Of a DNA stretch of 64,000 bases, positions 56,551 to 64,000 are shown one piece after another (position 1 is the stretch's first letter; every line of letters begins with the position of its first letter). The position numbers and the translations under genes were made by a program. The stretch lies in the NCBI RefSeq assembly GCF_009914755.1, contig NC_060938.1. One strand, given 5' to 3'. This DNA comes from the human T2T-CHM13v2.0 reference genome, Homo sapiens. Under the pieces are notes generated by a model. The model was not told where the DNA came from. It saw nothing but the letters and a program-made list of their open reading frames with translations, and made no database searches.

Positions 56551-57942
56551 CACACTCGTACAAATAGATGCATTGCATCCTTCCTGTGGATCAAACCACC
56601 ATGATCTCAACAAGCAGCACCTACGAAGCTCCTCTGACGATGAGAGCGGGACAGCTCCATCCTGTTGGCTGTACCAGGAAGCCCAGCCTGCTGCAGACTC
56701 ATCCCATCACATACCTGTGTTTCTCAGAAACTTATCAGGAAGAAGGCAGTGTCTGTGACCTCAGCCCTTCTGCCAGGCGCTGCTGGCCCAGGTTCAGGGT
56801 CAGCTGCAATTCTCCCTCGGTGGGTGCCGACCTGCAGAGCTCTTGCCGCAGGTGTTATGCAAACAACTGGGGCCACCGCAGTGTGTGCATGGCCCTGCCT
56901 TGTACTCTGAGAGCTCGGCCCCTTGAAAGATACCCTTTGAACTATTGAAAGGGCACACTTCCAAGCAAAGGGTAGTGTTTGTGCTGACCATCCTCCCCCA
57001 GCAGTGTTAAGTCTTTCGGGGCAAGATGGTAAGATCCACAGAGGAGCCTAAGTGGAGGGAAGGACATGGTAAAGATGAAAGCTTTGGGGGGCTTGGTGTT
57101 GGGAGCTTGTGCATCTCCCCGGGAGAATATTTCGGTCCCATCTTGGATTTTGAGAAGCCGCACACTGCGTGTCTTCTCAGCTGCTTGCTGGCATCTGCGG
57201 AGCCAGCTTCAGAAAGAACACGTGGATTTAGGGACCAGGGGCCAGCCAGCCCACAGATACAGATGTTTCACCTCTAGAATCTCCAGATGTTGCACATCAT
57301 TCTGCAGTTTCTCTTTCTGCAGCTCGCTCCTCCTGAGAAAAAGACTTAAAGAAGGCAAATAGCTCAACCATTACAGTCACATCAGTGGATATTCTCCACA
57401 ACACCCCCCTCCCCACATTTTTGCTGAGAAAGTCCATTTCAGAAACCTTTTACATTAATGACTAAATTGAGTATATATTCCAGTTTCCTAAAAGGACCAA
57501 TTTCAAATATGCAAAATTCATAGGTTTTTTTAAAAAATGCTCTAAAGTGGTTGCATTTTACACAAATCACCTGTGCAAACAGCAGAGCACTCCATCTGCT
57601 TCTGTGTCTGACAGACACAGTGGGGCTCTAGGTCCCCACGCCACCCAGGGACTGCCACTCGGCCTCCCTGACGCTTGTGTCTCTCACCTCAATAGAGGAG
57701 GACAGAGCTCTCAGAGGCCACCATGAGGAGTCGGAAAAAGCATGGGTGGAAAGGTCAAATCAAGCATTTGGCCAGACAGGGCCTTGCTCCAAGGCACCTG
57801 CTTCAATGATGATCCATTGATATGTCAGAGCCGTTGTTCCTTCCTGCTCCAATGACCTGACTCCAAGAGCTGGGAAGGACCTTGGAAATTATCTGGCCTG
57901 CCTTCTCATATGGGGAAAGTAAGTCTCAGGCCAAGGGGCTTC

Positions 57943-58453
57943 TGTGGCTGACAGAATAATGTCCCCCCATCAAGGCATCCGTGTCCCAATCCCAAGAATC
58001 TGCGAATATGTCACCTTACATGGCAAAAGGGACTTTCCAGAGGTGATTACATTCAGGATTTTGAGCTGGGAGAGTATCCTGGGTTAGCCAAGCAGTCTCA
58101 ACCATCTAATCACTGAGTCCATGTAAGCGGAGAACCTTTCCCAGCTGTGTCAGGAACAGACCTGATGATGGGTTGGAAGAGAATTGGAGGTCCTGCTGCA
58201 TGGCTGGCTTTGAAGACGGAGGATGGGGCTATAAGCCAAGGAATTCAGATGGGTCTAGAAATTGGAAAAGTCAAGGAAACAGATGCTGCCCCTAGAACCC
58301 TAGAAGGAACACAGCCCTGTGGGTGCCTTCATTTTATCCCCTGGGACTCGGATCAGACTTCTGACCTCGAGAACAGCAAGGTGATACACATGTGTTGTTG
58401 TGGGCCACTGGGTGTGTGGTAATTTGTTGTGACAGTGACTGGAAACTCATTCA
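57943..58453 (+). mobile_element. MLT1D solo LTR inserted in an antisense MIR
   Basis: tgtggctgacagaataatg...gaatatgtcaccttacatggcaaaagggacttt...ggtaatttgtt...gaaactcattca; TSD gcttc/gcttt. Confidence 0.9.
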
Positions 58454-58674
58454 GCTTTCTAAGTAACAGAGCCCATGTGCGGTGAAGCCACGACCCTGTG
58501 GCCAGTTTCCTGACTCCCCATCTAGTGATTGGCACCCAGAGCCCTAGACTGGCTTTTTCTCCCAAAAGTTGGCTACAGATGGTGGTCGTAGCAGCTGGGT
58601 TCCCTCTCTTCCCTCTAGAAGATCAGAGCAAAAATGCTGTCACTGTCACTCCTGGCAACCATACCCAAGTATTC

Positions 58675-58795
58675 TTTCATTTGTTCATTATTCAGCAAAT
58701 ATTTCCTGAGCACCTACTCTGTGCCAGGTACTGTTCTAGGCACTGGGGATGCAGCTGTGAATGTCATGCTAAGTCCCCGCTTCCTGCAGGTCCCA
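58675..58795 (-). mobile_element. L2 3' end
   Basis: tcattattcagcaaatatttcctgagcacctactctgtgccaggtactgttctaggcactggggat. Confidence 0.88.
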
Positions 58796-58849
58796 CTCAG
58801 AGATGCCTCTGGAGATGAACTGACCCCTTGAGGCACCCAGATGCTCCAT

Positions 58850-59280
58850 CTCCTCTACAGATGAATGGATAAACAAAACGTGCTGTGTGCACACAATGGA
58901 ATATTACTCAGCCATAAAAAAGGAATGATGCAATACAGGTTTCAACATGGAGGAACCTTGACAACATTATGCAAAGTGAGAGAAACCAGACACAAAAGAC
59001 CACATATTGTGTGATTCCATTTATATGAAATGTCCAGAGTAGGCAGACCCATAGAGACAGAAGACAGCTTAGTAGTTACCAGGGGCTGGGAGGAGCAGGG
59101 AGATGGAGAGTGATTGCTCATGGGTTCAGGGTTTTCATCTGGGGTGATGAAAAAGTTTTGGAACCAGATGGTGGTGATGGTGAGCCAACAATGTTAATAT
59201 ATTTAATGCTACTGATGTGTACGCTTTAAAATGGCAAATTTTAGGTGATGTGTTGTTACCACAATACAAAAAAAAAAAAA
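58850..59280 (+). mobile_element. L1MB 3' end with poly(A)
   Basis: gatgaatggataaacaaa...caatggaatattactcagccataaaaaagg...ttccatttatatgaaatgtccaga...caatacaaaaaaaaaaaa. Confidence 0.92.
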
Positions 59281-60941
59281 GGCAGTGAAGCTATGTGCAC
59301 CTTTTGCTGGAGGCATTTGGCGAGTCCTGTCCTAACTGCAAGGAGGGGCCCGGGAGTCTTTGGGGCTCAGCAGAAGGTGCACACGCCTGCACGTCCAACG
59401 CCCCTGCTGAGGTCAGACCCTCTGTGCCTCACATCACATCTGCAAAGCGGGGAAACACGGCCTCCGCACGGTGGGTTGTAGAGCCCAGTAGGTGGCCTGC
59501 CAAGAGCCAGCCCCTGCCACCTTCTCGGAGGCTGCATCTTTGCAGGGCCACCTTCTAAAGGAGGCTGACCAAGCCCCTCACTCCCTGGCTTCCTGTGGCC
59601 TGCCCACTTGCACATTGTTGGGTCATGACTCACATTTGTTTATCATTTAAATTCAGCCTCTATGTGAATGTATCTCACAACAGATCCTGACCATGGAAGA
59701 ATCAGAGGGGCAGCCGACATGCACAGTCACCCTGTAGGGAGAAGGAGAGAAGGAGAGACAGAGGAGAGGGGAGGGGAAGGGAGGGGAGGGAGTGTTCTGG
59801 ATACCTGTCCAGATGCGTGGCTGCTCAGTCATGGGAGAAACAAGGGGAGAAGCATCTGAGATGACCCAGTGAATACGGGGCACAGGCAGCTCTTCTCCTT
59901 TAGGGTCAAACCTCAGAGTTATTAAGACATCATTAAAACAATATACTTCACAATTTATCCAGCATCGAGCAGTGTTGGGTACAAACGCTTCCAGACTTTT
60001 TATTAACCAATTTAATCATTTGCCTGGAAGAAGGACCAAAACGTTAAAATGAAGTATAGCTTCAGTGACCAGCGAGGGGAAAATCTCCACCGACAATCTG
60101 CATGAAACCCTCTCGCTGGGGTTGGAGTGTTACCTTCACAAGGCATGAGTCCCTCCTTAGCCTGGGTTGGAGCAGACGGCTCCACCATTCAAAGAAGGGC
60201 AGGGTCACCCAACGGCGGCCGCCCAGACGGGCACCCTGGGACCACCCCGTCCAGGGTATCTGTGCAAGCTGATTGCTTTAAATAAAGTCAGCCGCTTTTC
60301 CAGCTAATGTAAGGATGGTGGGATCAATTGGGTACACAGAAACAGATTACCAAGCAGGTGGCTTCGGGCTAAAGATAAATTGTGTCCTCATGTAACTTGG
60401 GAAGAGTGGGTGCAGCAGCTCCTAGTGTGCAAAGCAAGATCGTTTAGTTACTTCTTTCTGCTGGGAAGCCCAGGCTGTGACTGTGGCTCCGAGAAGCCCC
60501 AGAAGACCCTCCCCTGATGGAAAAGGTTATTGTTGAAAAGCACTACCCAGAGCTCCAAATGGAATCAAGTTTTGGCTCCCGCAGAGCTGGTTTTCCCCAG
60601 CGGCGGGGTGGGGGACACAAGTCCCCGTGTGCCCCCTGCTTGCCTGGGCACACACCTCTGTGGGCAGAGGGCTCTCTCTGCTGGGGCTGAGAGGTCACAT
60701 CCTGTTCCCAGCAGGCACCATTCCTGGGGGCCCACCCTTTCCTCCTTACCTGAGTTAACCTCCCCAGACGTCTGGCCTGGCAGGTTTGCCTAGGATGTTG
60801 GAAGCAACCTGCCCTCTGCATATTTCTGCTGCTTTCCATGTTTCTGCTATGCCTGGCCCTCGCCCACGCTGTGCACCCTCCAGGCATCCGCACTCTCCCT
60901 TACTTCTTTCTCCTTCTTTTTTTGGGGGGTTGGGGTGGGGG

Positions 60942-62640
60942 GAATAATTATAAATTCACAGGAAGTTGCAAAAATAGTACACAGAAGTCCCATGCACTCT
61001 TCACCCAGTTTCCCCCAAAAGTAGCATCTTGCATAACTATAGTTCAATATCAAAATCAGGAAACTGACCTCGGTGGAATCCACAGATCTTATTCAGATTT
61101 CACCAGTTTTACAAGCTGTCCTAGTCAGTGGGGGTTTCTGTAACAAATACTACAGATCATAGACATTTATTTCTCATAGATACGGAAGCTGGGGAGTCCG
61201 AGATCACAGGGCTGGCAGACTCAGTCCCTGCCCTCTCGCTGAGTCCCGGCACGCTGGAGAGAGACCATCTCTTCTTAAGTCTCTTCTCACTAATCTCATC
61301 ATGAGGGCCCCACCCACAAGACCTCATCACCGCCCAAAGGCCCCACCTCCTAATACCATGCCTTGGGGGGTTAGGGCTTCAACACGAATTTTGGAAGAAC
61401 GCAAACATTCGGTCCACAGCACATGTGTTCGTCATGTGCATGTGTGTATGTGTATATATTTTGTTCTATGCAATTTTCTCACATGGGTACATTTAGGAAA
61501 GCACAATCAGTTCCATCACCACAAGGATCCCTCTTGCAACCCCTTTATGTCACATCCATGCCCTTCTTCTCCCCAACCCCATCCCCATCCCCTGGTAAAC
61601 AACAGTCTGTCTCCATCTCTGTAATTTTGTCATTTTGAGGCTGTGACACACAGCTTCTGGAGACGGGCCCCAAGGTCCATCCACGCTGGGCTTGTTCCCA
61701 GTTGGTTCCTTGCGGGAGCTGACCAGTATTCCCCAGCGCGGATGCACCACGGTTTAACTGTGCACCTGCCGAAGGGCCTTCCGGTTTCTGGCTTTGGGCT
61801 GTTGCAAATGAAGCCACTGTGAACATTGTGCACAGGTTTTGGTGTGAAGGAAAGTTTTCGTTTCTCTGGGAATAATTCCCAGGAATGTAATTGCTGGGTC
61901 ACAAGGTAAGGCTATGCCTAGTTTCTAAAGAAACTGCCAAATTTTCCCAGAGTGGCTCTGCCATCTGACACTCCCACTGGCCATATATGAGAGACCCAGT
62001 TTCTCACCATCCTCATCGGCATTTGGTGTTATGACTGTGTTTATTGTTATGTTTTGTTTTTTGAGGAATACTAGTCAGGTATTCTGTAGAATGTCTCTCA
62101 AATTGAGGACATTTGATGATTTTCTCATGGTTGTCACTAGTTTTTATTTTCTTTTAGCCATTCTAATAGGCATATATTGATAACTCTCATGATTTTAATT
62201 TGTGTTTCCCTAACGGCTAATGCTGTCGCCCATTTTTTGTGAGCCTATTTGCCATCCGTATGTTCTCTTTAGAGAAATGTCTATGCATGCTTTTTGCCCA
62301 TTTTCTAATTGGATTGTTTGTTTTATACCTTTGAGTTTTGAGAATTTGTTATTTTTCTAGCTATGAGTCCTTTGTCAGATATATGCTTTTCAGATATTTC
62401 CTCCAAGTCTGACTTGCCTTTTCATCCTCTGAACAGGGAACTTCACAGTGCAAGTGTTCTTAATGTTGATGGAGTCCAATGTCTGATTTTTTATTTTATG
62501 GATTGTGCTTTTGGTATCATGTCTAAGAACTCTCCACCAAGCCCTCAGTTTGCAAAGCTTTTCTCCTATGTTTTAAACAAAGTTGTGTAGTTTTACATTG
62601 AAATCTCTGATCTATCTTAGTGAATTTTTAGATAGGATGT
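60942..62640 (-). mobile_element. L1MC/MD-type 3' region, interrupted by an MLT1A
   Basis: ttcacaggaagttgcaaaaatagtac...aaagaaactgccaaattttcccagagtggc...tttatggattgtgcttttggtatcatgtctaagaac. Confidence 0.85.
61117..61421 (-). mobile_element. MLT1A-like MaLR LTR
   Basis: tgtcctagtc...acatttatttctca...ccaaaggccccacctcctaatacc...caaacattcggtccacagca. Confidence 0.85.
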
Positions 62641-64000
62641 GAGGTTTGCATAGGACGTGAAATTTAGATAGGACTTGAGGTTTAGATAGAATGTGAGGTT
62701 TAGATAGGATGCGAGGTTTAGATAGGATGCGAGGTTTAGGTAGGATGCGAGGTTTAGATAGGATGCGAGGTTTAGATAGGATGCGAGGTTTAGATAGGAT
62801 GCATGGTTTAGATAGGATGCGAGGTTTAGGTAGGATGCGAGGTTTTGGTAGGATGCGTGGTTTAGATAGGATGCGTGGTTTAGATAGGATGCGTGGTTTA
62901 GATAGGATGCGAGGTTTAGACAGGATGCGTCGTTTAGACAGAATGCAAGGTTTAGGTAGGATGCGAGGTTTAGATAGGATGCGAGGTTTAGATAGGATGC
63001 GTGGTTTAGATAGAATGCGAGGTTTAGGTAGGATGCGAGGTTTTGGTAGGATGCGTGGTTTAGATAGGATGCGTGGTTTAGATAGAATGCGAGGTTTAGA
63101 TAGGATGCGAGGTTTAGACAGGATGCGTCGTTTAGACAGAATGCGAGGTTTAGATAGAATGCGAGGTTTAGGTAGGATGCGAGGTTTAGATAGGATGCGA
63201 GGTTTAGACAGGATGGGAGGTTTAGATAGGATGCGTTGTTTAGGTAGGATGCGTGGTTTAGATAGGATGCGAGGTTTAGATAGGATGCGAGGTTTAGATA
63301 GGATGCGAGGTTTAGATAGGATGCGTTGTTTAGGTAGGATGCGAGGTTTAGGTAGGATGCGTGGTTTAGATAGGATGCGAGGTTTAGATAGGATGCGAGG
63401 TTTAGATAGGATGCGAGGTTTAGATAGGATGCATGGTTTAGATAGGATGCGAGGTTTAGATAGGATGCGAGGTTTAGACAGGATGCGTCGTTTAGACAGA
63501 ATGCGAGGTTTAGATAGAATGCGAGGTTTTGGTAGGATGCGAGGTTTAGATAGGATGCGAGGTTTAGGTAGGATGCGAGGTTTTGGTAGGATGCGTGGTT
63601 TAGATAGGATGCCTGGTTTAGATAGGATGCGAGGTTTAGATAGGATGCGTGGTTTAGATAGAATGCGAGGTTTAGGTAGGATGCGAGGTTTTGGTAGGAT
63701 GCGTGGTTTAGATAGGATGCGTGGTTTAGATAGGATGCGAGGTTTAGATAGGATGCGAGGTTTAGATAGGATGCGAGGTTTAGACAGGATGGGAGGTTTA
63801 GATAGGATGCGTTGTTTAGGTAGGATGTGTGGTTTAGATAGGATGCGAGGTTTAGACAGGATGCGTCGTTTAGACAGAATGCGAGGTTTAGATAGATTGC
63901 GAGGTTTTGGTAGGATGCGAGGTTTAGATAGGATGCGAGGTTTAGATAGGATGCGAGGTTTAGATAGGATGCGTTGTTTAGGTAGGATGCGTGGTTTAGA
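62627..64000. repeat. 18-bp VNTR (GATAGGATGCGAGGTTTA), at least about 76 copies, continues past window end
   Basis: Strict 18-nt periodicity with recurring variant units. Confidence 0.98.

Noticed and set aside
62627-64000. CRISPR-like or telomeric array
   Set aside because: Head-to-tail units with no unique spacers, primate DNA, no cas genes; the unit is not TTAGGG

Overview
Catarrhine primate (most likely human or great ape) genomic DNA, judged from AluS/AluY, L1PA, THE1 and MLT elements. I see no convincing protein-coding gene, RNA gene or CRISPR array. The ORF track consists of GC-rich chance ORFs, repeat-derived ORFs and broken L1 ORF2 pieces. The window is GC-rich intergenic or intronic sequence. 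It contains scattered MIR/L2/MaLR relics, nine Alus, a nested L1/LTR pile at about 21.0-33.0 kb, an ERV1 solo LTR with an internal C-rich minisatellite (46.9-48.0 kb), several micro/minisatellites and an L1-derived 18-bp VNTR running off the right end. The most unusual signal is a cluster of locally templated DNA-repair scars at 21-32 kb: (1) a 74-bp copy of flanking old L1 pasted into a younger L1PA; (2) a THE1 LTR segment replaced by a microhomology-joined patchwork copied from L1 sequence about 3 kb away; (3) an out-of-order MLT2 fragment filling an L1 deletion; (4) a fold-back palindrome at an L1 5' junction. Repeat subfamily names come from recalled consensus sequences, not a database search. 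I could not identify the locus.
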